A DNA stretch of 64,000 nt, from contig OZ024741.1 in assembly GCA_964016885.1 (NCBI GenBank), forward strand, positions 304,358,001 to 304,422,000. Direction: 5' to 3'. The notes beneath the pieces are model-generated. The model saw only the letters and a program-made list of their open reading frames with translations. It was not told the origin of the DNA and did no database searches. The position numbers and the translations under genes were made by a program. The stretch is from Eledone cirrhosa (lineage: Eukaryota). Shown here in pieces: positions 28,826-41,900 of this stretch (position 1 is the first letter of the stretch; the number at the start of each line of letters is the position of its first letter).

Positions 28826-31800
28826 TTTCTTTATTGACCACAAGGGTTGACACAAAGCATAACATTAAGGACAATACAGGACAGTACATATGGGCATTTC
28901 TGCATGTAAAAAAAAACAAAAACAGAAGATGTAACAAAAAAAAGAAACAATGAAAAATTCCCCAATAGGGGGGAGACTTCGGAGGGTCGCTCGTGGAGAA
29001 AGCCCACAAAAAAGCCACGGTTACCCTGACCGCTAGGGCAAGTACTCTCTTCCAGTTTTCCTCCCACTATGCTACAGGTGCTCAGGTTAGGCCCATTCAC
29101 TTGAGCCATTCTTACTTCTCTTACCCACCTTTCAACAAACTAGCTGGAAGGCAGCACTTCCCTCTCCACCCTGATTTTCCTTTTCAGGAAAAAGTTAATG
29201 AGGGCATCACCGAAGAGGAAAGAACCCATCTTCAACCCTTTCAGACGTGTCCACCATATGATTTCTTTTGTCCACCATATGATTTCCATGGCCACCAGGC
29301 AGATAAAAACTGCCTGCCCTTCCCAGCTAACCCTCTATAGAATGCCAAGGTTGAGTTTCCACCGATCTTATTTCCCGACTGGTCAAGGGCTGTAAGCGCC
29401 TGCAGAAATTCCAGTCTCCAAGCGCTTGCTCTTGGTCTTCGCTTGACCCAGAACTGCAGCTCCATCAAGGAGATGATCTGGGGAAAAACATGTCTAGCAA
29501 AGGGCGACCACACCTGATCACCGTCGAGGAAGAGGTGGAGATACCATAGCCTGAGTGCATGTCTGCACATCATCAGCCACAGCATGCCCAGCCCTCCGCG
29601 TAGCGGGTGTTGACAGCAGATGGACCGTCTGACCATCGGAGCACGTCCTTTCCACAAAAAGCGAAAGAGCAAACGCTCCAGCGCAGTCAGACGAGGCTTA
29701 AGACAAAGCACGACGGTCAGGCGGTAGTAGATAATGCCACTTCCCCTAGACCTTTCAGGGATAGCTTCCTCTTGGTCCATTTCTGGGTGAGAGAGGCCAT
29801 CCGGACCGAACCAGACCCTAGCAATTTAACCGGTCCGTCCGTCCAGTGCCCGACGATGCTGTTGGACGGCTTGGACCTGCCTCTCCAGGTGCTGAGCTGC
29901 AGGCCCACCGACTTTTCCTGTTTGATCATTGTTCCTGTCACTACCTCGTATTCTCTTAGTGTGGTGCCGATCACCTCGATGTGTTTGCCGTTCCACACCA
30001 CTACGGTGATGCCGTCTGCATATGCTGACACGGTTCTTCCGCATACCAGTTCGTGCAGGACCCCCCTTAATGTCTCCAGTTTGTGCAGTAATGGCTCGAG
30101 AGTCAATACGTACAACAGGGACGGGAGAGGGCATCCTTGGTGGACCGAGCACATGATGTTGAATGGTTCTAAAAGGTGACAGTTCACTCTCACCACAGAG
30201 CAGATGTCACTGTGCTTGGCAGCAATCCAGCCTCTGAAGACAGGCCCAAAGCCAGCCGCCCTCAGGACTGCCGCCAGATAACGATGGTCGACCCTGTCGA
30301 AAGCTTTCGACTGATCTAAATTGATCAAGGACCCACCCGTACCAGGTTCCCTAGCTACCCTCTCTACGATGTATCGCATGAGGTGAAGGTTGTCATGGAT
30401 GGATCTCTCTGGAATGGCGCATGTCTGTGCCTCTCCCACCAGACCACCAACGACAAGCGCCAACCTCTTTGCTAGCACCTTAGCCAATATCTTGAACTCT
30501 GTGTTTAGCAGAGTTATGGGCCTGAAATTATCTATGTTATCCCCCTTGTATGGATCCTTTCTCAGAGCTGGGAGTTCTCCCGTTCTGCTGCCAGTTGCAG
30601 TAGATGTCCGCTAAGAGGTCTCTAAACAACTCTGGCATATGTACATAAAGTTCGTAGGGCAGCCCATCCAAACCAGGCGATTTACCCATTATGCAGCCAG
30701 TCATGCCTCCCGAACTTTAGCAGCTGTTATCGGCCTTTCACAACACTCCGCCTCAGTGGCTGAGAGCCGCGGCAGTCCATGAAGGTAGGCACTAAAGTCC
30801 ATCCCGCGATGCGGCCCGCCACTGCCCCTGAACAGCTGAGCAAAGAGCCGCTGAAAAGCCACACACATCTGCCCGGTATCGAGTATCATGCGCCCATCAT
30901 GGTCTTCCAAAGACCGGATCGTGGCTTTGTTGCCACGACGTGCCTCCACCACCCAGGCCCATTGAATGGCTTTCATCCCCTCGTACCTGAGAGCACGCAC
31001 TCTAGCTCTGACAACGCAGCCTTTGTGCTTTGCGTTGAAAAATGGTCGCGACCCAATTTCGCCACAAGCATGTTGGTCGAGATGCCTTTACTAAGCGCCT
31101 CATCTAATTTACTAACTAGATTTCCTTCTGCTCTATTTTTTTTCTATTACTGACACCTTACTAAACCTAATGGTCTCTATTCTAATCGCTCTTTTCAGGG
31201 CAAACCACCATTTGTTGTTGACGATGGCCCGGGTCAATGCCTGCTTAACTAATTCGCTAATCCTGTCTCTGTAAGCCTTACGCGCTGTTAACGACGCGTT
31301 TAGCTTCCAGTAGCCGGGTCCCTGTCTATGAAGCCTATCTAAATCAACCACACAGATCATGAATTTGTGGTCCGTTTAGTCGAATATCTTGAATTGTGTG
31401 CAGCCTATGCTAGACCTATCTATTTCCCTACAAAATACTCTATCTAGATATGATCTGGATGACCCGATGCGGTTTGTCCAAGACCATATTGGCACATTCG
31501 GGAAATCCAGCCGGTACCTGTCAGACAGTTTAAAATGTCTAAGCAGGTTCATGAGGCTTTTACACCCTCCTTCCCTATCCGCTAATCCCACATAGTCCCA
31601 GCATGCATCTAAGATCCCGTTCCAGTCGCCCACTAACACTAAAGAGCGGGACGTTCCAAGAAAGGTCTCCAGATGCCAGAAGAAGTCAGGCCGTCCTGCT
31701 CCTGTTGAGGCATTGACGGCCACTAGCCTGAAAGCTTGCCCTTCTCCGCTGGTCCCGTCCCGCACCACCAACTTACCTTCTGGGTCCAAGAAGACGGCCC

Positions 31801-32950
31801 GTATCTCAAGATCCAGACTTCTCCGGAACAACACAGCCTGGATGTATGCTCGGATGATTAGCTCCATCCCCAACCCTGTCCAATTCTCCTGTCTTAATTC
31901 GTATGACGTTGAGTATACTTGTTGAATCTTCCACGCCATCTCCACTGATGTGGTACCTGGCCTACTCGAACCCTCACGACTCTATGGCCGCAATATGTAG
32001 GCATCATTATTATTTCGTCACTGCGGAGTGGTGCAATGGAGTGTGCTCTGGCTTCTTCCGGTGTAGCGACGAGCACATCCACAGTGCCATTCCTCGATCC
32101 CCAGGCTATGTATGTTTTCAGTGCCCAGATGGCACCCATAGCTCTTTGGACCTGTGACTCCATTGCCTGTTCGACTCGGCGCGATTTTGTTCCGATTGTG
32201 CGATAACTGACAAAAGCTTGTTTTTTATTATATTAGCTGGGCGGGTGAGACTTACCCTGTGTCCTGTCTTTTTAACCAAGATCTTGGTGATGTGTACCTG
32301 TTCAATATTTTTCGTGGCTTTAGCGAAAGATGTGTTTGTTGTGATTTGCTGTGCTGACTCATCGCCAGTCTTGCATTTGTTGCTGTTGTTGTTGTTATTG
32401 CCATCGTTGATGTTTTTGTTGGGTGTTTTTTCCTGTGTTGCTGCTGTTACAGTTGTTGCTCCCTGGATTCTTTATGGCTGTTGCTGCTGTTATTATTGTT
32501 ATTGGGGTGGCGGTGGTGTTTGATTTTTCTAAAGTAGGGAAGTTTTTGTTGTAATTTACATTACTGCTGCTACTGTTCCAGTGGCTGCAGCTGCTGTTGT
32601 CACCACCACTGTCACTGTCACTGCTGCTGCTGTTATTGTGGTGGTGGCTGCTGCTGTTTCTGTTGTTTTTTGCCTTTGCCTTGTAATTGGATGGAATCGG
32701 CTGTTCTACCCTCCGACCAACTCCGCCATGTTTTTTTTTTTTAAACAAAAATTGGAGGGTGCGATTGTAAATAAATACAAATTCAGCCCTTAGGGGCGTG
32801 AGATACAGTTAAAAAACCACCTCCTTTGAAAGAGGGGTTCTTTAACTACATACCAATGTAAAAATTACTATATAGAACTTTCGATAAATTCATAAAATTC
32901 AACTGACCTACTCCGCCGTAGTTACAACCGTCTCGAGAGATTCAGCACAT
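28826..32950 (-). mobile_element. Tx1/L1-type retrotransposon copy 1, internally deleted and degenerate
   Basis: ORF fragments homologous to ORF2 at 33247-36666 (LDQSKAFDRVDH; YADG instead of YADD). A deletion at ~31840 joins ORF1 to ORF2; another deletion is at ~29330. Likely ORF1 ATG at 32729. Confidence 0.88.
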
Positions 32951-32956
32951 AATAAA

Positions 32957-33005
<49 letters not shown>

Positions 33006-33246
33006 TTTTCTTTATTAACCACAAGGGTTCACATAAAGTAGACATTAAGGACAGTACAGGACAATACAGGACGGTACAAATGGGCATTTCTGCGTGTAAA
33101 AAAACAGAGGTTGAAATAAAATAACAAAGAAAAATTCCCAATAGGGGGGAGACTTCCAAGGGACATTTGTGGAGAAAGCCCATTAAAAGACCACAGTGGC
33201 CCTGACCACCAGGGCAAGTGCCCTCTCCCAGTTTTCCACCTTTAAT

Positions 33247-36200
33247 TTACAGATATATACTCAGAGTAGGCCCATTCATTCGGGCCATACTTGCTTCTCT
33301 CACCCATCTTTCAACAAAATGCTGGGAAGAGAGCACTTCCCTCTCTACCCTGATTTTCCTTTTCAAATGAAATTTGAAAAAGTTAATCAGGGCATCACCG
33401 AAGAGGTAAGTGCTCGTCTTCAGCCCTTTCAAACGTGTCCACCATACTATCTCTTTCGCCATGGCCACCAGACAGATAAAAACTGCCTGCCCTTCCAGGC
33501 TAAAGGAAGGGGGCAGGGCAATCCTCACGATGGACTCAGCTGATAGCCGGATCCGTCCTACACGTGACAGCAGGTGTTCGACATAAACCCACAAGTCAGC
33601 AATGCTCGGACACTGGACGAGTGCGTGCAGGACAGTTTCGTCGCCCTGCGCGCATCTCGGACATGCCCGGCTGACGGCACCTCCATGCCTGTAGAGTTTA
33701 TCCCGAACTGGCAAAGCTCCTCGGTAGCACTGCCAGGCCAGGGATTTCTGGAAGTTGTCCATAGGCCCCGGCCCGAAAGTCCTTCCGAAGAGATTGGCTA
33801 GTTGATTTTCATCGACGCCTAGAGTTTCTCCAAGTACGTCGTCGCTCTTCCCCTCCACTAATCCCCTATAGAACGCCAAGGTGGAGTTTCCACCGATCAC
33901 ATTGCCCGATTGGTCGAGGGCTGTGAGCGCCTGAAGACATTCCAGTCTCCAAGCGCTCCCTCTCGGTCTTCGCTTGACCCAGGACTGCAGCTCCGTCAAG
34001 GAGACGAGCTGGGGAAAAACGCGTCTTGCAAACGGCGACCACACCTGATCACCGTCGAGGAAGAGGTGGAGATGTCGTAGCCTGAGCGCGTGTCTGCGCA
34101 TCATCAGCCACGGCATGCCCAGCCCTCCACGTAGCGGGTGTTGACAGCAGATGGACCGCCTGACCATCGGAGCGCGTCCCTTCCACAAGAAGCGAAAGAG
34201 CAAACGCTCCAGCGCAGTCAGGCGGGGCTTAGGACAAGGTACGACGGTCAGGCGGTAGTAGATGACGGATGCGATGTACGCATTCGCCACCTCCGCTCGA
34301 CCTTTCAGGGATAGCTTCCTCTCGGCCCATTTCTGGGTGAGAGAAGCCACCCTGCTCGTCACCTCGTCCCAGTTTTTGTCCGTCTGGAGGTCTGGACCGA
34401 ACCAGACCCCTAGCAATTTAACCGGTCCGTCCGTCCAGCGCCCGACGACGCTGTTGGACGGCATGGACCTGCCTCTCCAGGTGCCGAGCTGCAGGCCCAC
34501 TGACTTTTCCTGGTTGATCATTGCTCCTGTCACCGCTTCGTATTCTCTTAGTGTAGTACCGATCGCCTCGATGTGTTTGGCGTTCGACACCACTACGGTG
34601 ACATCGTCCGCATATGCTGACACGGATCTTCCGCATCCTAGTTCGCGCGGGACCCCCCTCAACGTCTCCAGTTTGTGCAGTAATGGCTCGAGAGTCAATA
34701 CGTACAACAGGGACGAGAGGGGACATCCTTGGCGGACCGAGCGCATGATGTTGAACGGTTCCGAAAGGTGACCGTTCACTCTCACTACAGAGCAGATGTC
34801 GCTGTGCATGGCAGCGATCCAGCCTCTGAAGACGGGCCCAAAGCCAGCCGCCCTCAGGACTGCCGTTAGGTAACGATGGTCGACCCTATCGAAGGCTTTC
34901 GACTGATCTAAATTGATCAAAGACCCACCCGTGCCAGGTTCCCTAGCTACCCTCTCTACGATGTATCGCATGAGGTGGAGGTTGTCGTGGATGGATCTGT
35001 CGGGAATGGCGCATGTCTGCGCCTCTCCCACCAGACCACCAACGACAAGCGCCAACCTCTTTGCTAGCACCTTGGCCAAAATCTTGAACTCTGTGTTTAG
35101 CAGAGTTATGGGCCTAAAATTATCTATGTTATCCCCCTTGTTCGGATCCTTTCTCAGCAGCGCCACCGCTCCTCGGCTCACAGAGCTGGGAATTCTCCCG
35201 TTCTGTTGCCAGTTGCAGTAGACGTCCGCCAAGAGGCCTCCGAACAAGTTTGGCATTTGTACGTAAAGTTCATAGGGGAGACCATCCAAACCAGGCGATT
35301 TACCCCTTGTGCAACTAGTCATTGCATCCCGTACTTCAGCGGTTGTTATCGGCTTTTCGCAACACTCCGCCTCAGTGACCGAAAGCCGCGGCAGTCCGTC
35401 GAGGTAGACACTAAAGTCCTTCCCTCGATCCGGCCCGCCACTGCCCCCGAACAGTTGAGCGAAGTGTCGCTGAAAAGCTTCACACATTTGCCCGGGATCG
35501 AGTAGCATGCGCCCGTCGTGGTCCACCAAAGACCGGATCGTGGCTTTGTTTCCACGACGCGCCTCCGCCCCTCGGGCCCATTGAACGGCGTTCGTCCCCT
35601 CGTGTCTGAGAGCACGCACCCTAGCTCTGACAACGCAGCCTTCGTGCTTTGCATTGAAGAATTGGTCAAGGGCCAATTTCGCCGCAAGTACGTCGGTCGC
35701 GATGCCTTTGCTAAGCGCCTCATCTAATTTTCTAACTAATTCTCCCTCTGCTCTATTTTTCTCTATTGCTAAAGTCTTACTAAACCTAATGGACTCTATT
35801 CTAATTGCTCTTTTCAGAGCAAACCACCACTTGTTGTTGACGATGGCCCCCATCAACGCCCGCTTAACTAGTTCGCTAATCCGGTCTCTGTAGGCCTTGC
35901 GCGCTGGTAAGGACGTGTTTAGCTTCCAGTAGCCGGGTCCTCGTCTATGAAGCCTATCTAAGTCAAGCACACAGATCACGAATTTGTGGTCCGTGTAGCT
36001 GACTATCTTGAATTGTGGACAGCCTATGCTAGACCTATCTATTTCCCTACAAAATACTCTATCTAGATATGATCTGAATGACCCGATGCGGTTTGTCCAA
36101 GTCCACATTGGTACATTCGGGAAATCCATTCGGTACCTGTCAGACAGTTCAAAACGTCTGAGCAGGTTGGTGAGACTCTTGCACCCTCCTTCCCTATCCA

Positions 36201-36666
36201 CTAATCCCACACAATCCCAGCGTGCATCTAAGATCCCGTTCCAGTCGCCCACTAACACTAAAGAGCGGGACGTTCCAAGAAAGGTCTCCAGACGCCGGAA
36301 GAAATCAGGCCGCCCTGCTCCTGTCGGGGCATAGACGGCCACTAACCTGAAAGCTTGCCCGTCTCCGCTGGTCACGTCCAGCACCACCAACTTACCTTCT
36401 GGGTCCAGGAAGATGGCCCGTATGGCGAGATCCAAACCTCTCCGAAAAAGCACAGCAACTCCTCCCCCCGATCCAGGACGGCTGGGAGATGCGTACACAT
36501 CGTAGCCGCCGAAGATCGGTGCGAAAGCCTGTGCTTCGGAGATTCTGGTCTCGCTGATGGCCACTACATCCATGTTTAGTGACCTGAGGTCGTTGAGCAG
36601 GTGGCCCTGCTTCCATGACGACCCCAAGCCACGCGCATTTATGCTGCCTATTCTGAGTGAGGTCAT
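33247..36666 (-). CDS. Tx1-like ORF2p: AP-type endonuclease, reverse transcriptase and C-terminal CCHC
   Basis: 1139 aa uninterrupted. APE motifs SINARG, ISETR, GDWN, YLDR, TDH; RT motifs PGLDG, FRPITLLN, KAFDRV, RQGCPLS, YADD; CPRC...HALVQC. Confidence 0.93.
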   Translation of the reverse strand: MTSLRIGSINARGLGSSWKQGHLLNDLRSLNMDVVAISETRISEAQAFAPIFGGYDVYASPSRPGSGGGVAVLFRRGLDLAIRAIFLDPEGKLVVLDVTSGDGQAFRLVAVYAPTGAGRPDFFRRLETFLGTSRSLVLVGDWNGILDARWDCVGLVDREGGCKSLTNLLRRFELSDRYRMDFPNVPMWTWTNRIGSFRSYLDRVFCREIDRSSIGCPQFKIVSYTDHKFVICVLDLDRLHRRGPGYWKLNTSLPARKAYRDRISELVKRALMGAIVNNKWWFALKRAIRIESIRFSKTLAIEKNRAEGELVRKLDEALSKGIATDVLAAKLALDQFFNAKHEGCVVRARVRALRHEGTNAVQWARGAEARRGNKATIRSLVDHDGRMLLDPGQMCEAFQRHFAQLFGGSGGPDRGKDFSVYLDGLPRLSVTEAECCEKPITTAEVRDAMTSCTRGKSPGLDGLPYELYVQMPNLFGGLLADVYCNWQQNGRIPSSVSRGAVALLRKDPNKGDNIDNFRPITLLNTEFKILAKVLAKRLALVVGGLVGEAQTCAIPDRSIHDNLHLMRYIVERVAREPGTGGSLINLDQSKAFDRVDHRYLTAVLRAAGFGPVFRGWIAAMHSDICSVVRVNGHLSEPFNIMRSVRQGCPLSSLLYVLTLEPLLHKLETLRGVPRELGCGRSVSAYADDVTVVVSNAKHIEAIGTTLREYEAVTGAMINQEKSVGLQLGTWRGRSMPSNSVVGRWTDGPVKLLGVWFGPDLQTDKNWDEVTSRVASLTQKWAERKLSLKGRAEVANAYIASVIYYRLTVVPCPKPRLTALERLLFRFLWKGRAPMVRRSICCQHPLRGGLGMPWLMMRRHALRLRHLHLFLDGDQVWSPFARRVFPQLVSLTELQSWVKRRPRGSAWRLECLQALTALDQSGNVIGGNSTLAFYRGLVEGKSDDVLGETLGVDENQLANLFGRTFGPGPMDNFQKSLAWQCYRGALPVRDKLYRHGGAVSRACPRCAQGDETVLHALVQCPSIADLWVYVEHLLSRVGRIRLSAESIVRIALPPSFSLEGQAVFICLVAMAKEIVWWTRLKGLKTSTYLFGDALINFFKFHLKRKIRVEREVLSSQHFVERWVREASMARMNGPTLSIYL

Positions 36667-36700
36667 GTTGAAAAGGAGTGGAAAAGATGGGAAAGACCAC

Positions 36701-38692
36701 TTACCTTACTTCTCGTAGGGGAAGGACGGCTTTTCCATCCTTTTCACTGCTTGTGGCCTCCTCAGGAAGGATGTCCTTATAAATCCTCCTGGAGAGTGCT
36801 TGTCGGAAGTCTCCGATGTCTTTGGGGAATTTTTGTTTTAGTGTCATGTAAGTTTTCTGTGTGATGCGAGTGATTTGTATGTGTGGAGGTGGTGTGAATT
36901 TTGGGGTTGTTGTGTAGTCTTTTTCTGTGATGCTGGTGTTGTGTTGGATGTAGTGTAATAATTGCTTGTTATTCAAATTTAATGCTGTGTAGTGTGTATC
37001 GTTTTGGTTGTTTTGTTTTGTTTGCGTTTGTTGTGGGTTTGTTTCTGTTTCGTATTTTGGTGACTTTTGTGGTGTAGGTGATGGTGGTGCTGGGGATAAT
37101 GATGGTGATGGTGTTGGTGTTTGGGTTGATGGGGTTGGTGATGCTGGTGTGGATGGTGGCATATCTGTCCTAACTTTTTTGTTTCTTAGTTTATTTGTTT
37201 CCCTCTGTATTTTGTTTTTGGAGGGGGAAGGAAGAGAATTTTTTCTTTTTTGGTTTCTTTTTTTTTTTCCGGATATCGTTTCCCACTCCTCGTCGTCACA
37301 ATCTGTCTCCAGTTGTGATAGGCCGGGGAGTGGAAAATCCTCCACAGCCGTTAGTTTTGGTTGTGGTGTGGTGGATGGTGTAGGCGCTGGTGCTAGTTCT
37401 GAAGCGTTGGGTGGTGGTGGTGTTGGTTTTGCTGGTGGTGGTAGTGGTGTTGGTTTTGCTACTGTTGCTGGGGTTGTTGCTGTTATAGTTGCTTCTGTTG
37501 TTGCTGCTACAGTTGTTGCTGGCATCTCTGCTACTGGTGGTGTTGATGGTTGTGTCACTGGGGTGGGTAGGAGAGGTGGCCTCAACCTTTTAGCCTGAGG
37601 GCAGAAAGCCCTTAGGTGGGTTCCTTCACCACAAACGACACACCTAGGTCTTCTGCCCTCGACAATTACCGTGAGGTGGCTGCCGTCAGTGAGGTCTATT
37701 ACCTCTGGGATCTCCTCAATGCTTTTTTGGTCCGCTTGGATCAGGAGCTCCATCCCAGATCCGGACCAGTTTTCCTGCTTTTCTTTTGCTATTGTTATTA
37801 TTTTCGTGTTGGCCTCGATGCCGGCGATGACAGCCGCTATTAGCCAGGGAATTTCGATGGCCGGTGGAACGTGGGTCACCCTGATCTTTACGAGTCTCTG
37901 GCCACAATAGCTTGGGATGAGTGTGAAGTCGTCACTTTTTAATGGGGCCATGGAGTGTTCTCTAGCCTCCTCTGGTGTTTCAAAGAACACATCCACGGTT
38001 CCATACTTTTGCCCACGTCTGATGTGGGTTTTTCTTGCCCACACATGTCCCAAAGCTTTTTGGATTTGGGACTCGGATGCCCGTTCCACTCGGCGCGATT
38101 TTACATTTATTGTTCTATACGACACGGTGCACAGGCGCCGATGCTCCATTTTATTAGGTGGGGGGGGGGGGGGTGAGGCTGACCCTGTACCCATCTTTCT
38201 TTACCATTTGTTTGGCATTTTCTAAATCTTCTTGAGTTACCGTGAACGCTTCGAATTGTTTTGCTACGATGGCGAAACTGAGGGTCGGTTTTATAATGTC
38301 ATTGTTGTTGTTGTTGCTATCGTTAATATTAATTTTATTTTCAGTTGTGGTGGTGGTGACGTCAGTTGTCTTTGGTGGGGAAGAGTCCATTTTGCTTGAT
38401 TTCATTTCGACGTCACGAGTTAATTTATTTTTTCTTCTTTTGTTTCTGTTGTCGCGGTGGTGGTGGTGGTGGTGGTTGTCGCGGTGGTGGTGGTGGTGGA
38501 GGGTTTAACACCTGCAGTCATTGGTAATGGCGGGAAATGAATGTCTGCCTGAGACAAATTTAAAATATTGCTACTGCTTATATTTTTTTTTGTGTTGGCA
38601 AACGTAGTAACATTTACAATGGTGGTATCGGTGTGAGGTGTTATTTTGTGAGGAAGGCTTTCAGCTGCTTCGTGCAGAGGGGAATTAGCCAT
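36701..38692 (-). CDS. Tx1-like ORF1p (gag-like, zinc knuckle); 5' part frameshifted in low-complexity runs
   Basis: Open frame 36701-38194 with CVVCGEGTHLRAFC (CX2CX4HX4C), a Pro/Thr-rich region and a basic patch. Likely start aaaaATGGCT at 38692, with frameshifts near 38160 and 38450. Confidence 0.75.
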
Positions 38693-38900
38693 TTTTTTCA
38701 AAGAAATTTTTGGATAATAATAAAAGTTAAAATTTTGGGCACAAGGCCCCAATCTTTTTGGGTGTCCTTTTCGGAAAACAATGTATGTGTGCTTATAAAC
38801 AGTTTACAATAAAATTTTCCATAAATGGCAATTTTTAAACAAACGGAAATAACAAACCTTTGCGGAGCTCACAATAATACGATTTCCTACGTAGGTCGCC

Positions 38901-38931
<31 letters not shown>

Positions 38932-38932
<1 letters not shown>

Positions 38933-41900
38933 TTTCTTTATTAACCACAAGGGTTTACATAAAGTAGACATTAAGGACAGTGCAGGACAATGCAGGACGG
39001 TACAAATGGGCATTTCTGCGTGTAAAAAACAAAAACAGAGGATGTAACAAAAATAACAATGAAAATAACAATGAAAAATTCCCCAATAGGGGGGAGACTT
39101 CGGAGGGACATTTGTGGAGAAAGCCCAGTAAAAAGCCACAATGACCCTGACCACCAGGCAAGTGCCCTCTCCCAGTTTTCCACCTTTAATTTACAGATAT
39201 ATACTCAGAGTAGGCCCATTCACTCGGGCCATTCTTGCTTCTCTCACCCATCATTCAACAAAATGCTGGGAAGAGAGCACTTCTCTCTCTACTCTGATTT
39301 TCCTTTTCAAATGAAATTTGAAAAAGTCAATCAGAGCATCACCGAAGAGGTAAGTGCTCGTCTTCAGCCCTTTCAAACGTGTCCACCATACTATCTCTTT
39401 CGCCATGGCCACCAGACAGATAAAAACTGCCTGCCCTTCCTGGCTAAAGGAGGAGGGCGGGGCAATCCTCACGATGGACTCAGATGATAGCCGGATCCGT
39501 CCTAAACGCGACAGCAGGTGTTCGACATAAACCCACAAGTCAGCAATTTTCGGACACTGGACGAGTGCGTGCAGGACGGTTTCGTCGCCCTGCGCGCATC
39601 TCGGACATGCCCGGCTGACGGCACCTCCATGCCTGTAGAGTTTATCCCGAACTGGCAAAGCTCCTCGGTAGCACTGCCAGGCCAGAGATTTCTGGAAGTT
39701 GTCCATAGGCCCCAGCCCGAAAGTTCTTCCGAAGAGATTGGCTAGTTGATTTTCGTCGACGCCTAGAGTTTCCCCAAGTACGTCGTCGCTCTTACCCTCC
39801 ACTAATCCTCTATAGAACGCCGAGGTGGAGTTTCCACCGATCACATTGCCCGATTGGTCGAGGGCTGTGAGCGCCTGAAGACATTCCAGTCTCCAGGCGC
39901 TCCCTCTCGGTCTTCGCTTGACCCAGGACTGCAGCTCCGTCAAGGAAACGAGCTGGGGAAATACGCGCCTAGCAAACGGCGACCACACCTGATCACCGTC
40001 GAGGAAGAGGTGGAGATGTCGTAGCCTGAGCGCGTGCCTGCGCATCATCAGCCACGGCATGCCCAGCCCTCCACGTAGCGGGTGTTGACAACAGATGGAC
40101 CGCCTGACCATCGGAGCGCGTCCCTTCCACAAAAAGCGAAAGAGCAAATGCTCCAGCGCAGTCAGGCGAGGCTTAGGACAAGGTACGACGGTCAGGCGGT
40201 AGCAGATGACAGACGCGATGTACGCGTTAGCCACCTCCGCTCGACCTTTCAGGGATAGCTTCCTCTCCGCCCATTTCTGGGTGAGAGAAGCCACCCTGCT
40301 CGTCACCTCGTCCCAGTTTTTGTCCGTCTGGAGGTCCGGACCGAACCAGACCCCTAGCAATTTAACCGGTCGGTCCGTCCAGCGTCCGACGACGCTGTTG
40401 GACGGCATGGACCTGCCTCTCCAGGTGCTGAGCTGCAGGCCCACTGACTTTTCCTGGTTGATCATTGCTCCTGTCACCGCTTCGTATTCTCATAGTGTAG
40501 TGCCGATCGCCTCGATGTGTTTGGCGTTCGACACCACTACGGTGACATCGTCCGCATATGCTGACACGGATCTTCCGCATCCTAGTTCGCGCGGGACGCC
40601 CCTCAACGTCTCCAGTTTGTGCAGTAATGGCTCGAGAGTCAATACGTACAAGAGGGACGAGAGGGGACATCCTTGGCGGACCGAGCGCATGATGTTGAAC
40701 GGTTCCGACAGGTGACCGTTCACTCTCACCACAGAGCAGATGTCGCTGTGCATGGCAGCGATCCAGCCTCTGAAGACGGGCCCAAAGCCAGCCGCCCTCA
40801 GGACTGCCGCTAGGTAACGATGGTCGACCCTATCGAAAGCTTTTGACTGATCTAAATTGATCAAGGACCCACCCGTGCCAGGTTCCTTAGCTACCCTCTC
40901 TACGATGTATCGCATGAGGTGGAGGTTGTCGTGGATGGATCTGTCGGGAATGGCGTGTCTGCGCCTCTCCCACCAGACCACCAACGACAAGCGCCAACCT
41001 CTTTGCTAGCACCTTGGCCAAAATCTTGAACTCTGTGTTTAGCAGAGTTATGGGCCGGAAATTATCTATGTTCTCCCCCTTGTCCGGATCCTTTCTCAGC
41101 AGTGCCACCGCTCCTCGGCTCACAGAACTGGGAATTCTCCCGTTCTGTTGCCAGTTGCAGTAGACGTCCGCCAAGAGGCCTCCGAACAAGTCTGGCATCT
41201 GTACGTAAAGTTCATAGGGCAGACCATCCAAACCAGGCGATTTACCCCTTGTGCAGCCAGTCATTGCCTCCCTTACTTCAGCGGCTGTTATCGGCTTTTC
41301 GCAACACTTCGCCTCAGTGGCCGAGAGCCGCGGCAGTCCGTCGAGGTAGACACTAAAGTCCATCCCTCGACCCGGCCCACCGCTGCCTCCGAACAGCTGA
41401 GCGAAGTGTCGCTGAAAAGCTTCACACATTTGCCCGGGATCGAGTAGCATGCGCCCGTCGTGGTCCACCAAAGACCGGATCGTGGCTTTGTTACCACGAT
41501 GCGCGTCCGCCACTCGGGCCCATTGAACGGCTTTCGTCCCCTCGTGTCTGAGAGCACGCACCCTTGCTCTGACAACGCAGCCTTCGTGCTTTGCATTGAA
41601 GAATTGGTCAAGGGCCAATTTCGCCGCAAGCACGTCGGTCGCAATGCCTTTGCTAAGCGCCTCGTCTAATTTTCTAACTAGTTCTCCCTCTGCTCTATTT
41701 TTCTCTATTGCTAAAGCCTTACTAAACCTAATGGATTCTATTCTAATCACTCTTTTCAGAGCAAACCACCACTTGTTGTTGACGATGGCCCCCGTCAACG
41801 CCCGCTTAACTAGTTCGCTAATCCGGTCTCTGTAGGCCTTGCGCGCTGGTAAAGACGCGTTTAGCTTCCAGTAGCCGGGTCCTCGTCTATGAAGCCTATC

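Larger units (their letters stand above)
33006..38900 (-). mobile_element. Tx1/L1-type retrotransposon copy 2, apparently full length
   Basis: 5'UTR, ORF1 with a CCHC knuckle, intact ORF2, and a 3'UTR ending ggttAATAAAgaaa followed by (ATT)n. Confidence 0.92.

Noticed and set aside
32760-32950. Possible HDV-like ribozyme in the Tx1 5'UTRs (hairpins also at ~44790-44840)
   Set aside because: Hairpins are visible, but the nested double pseudoknot could not be assembled by eye; a motif search would be needed.
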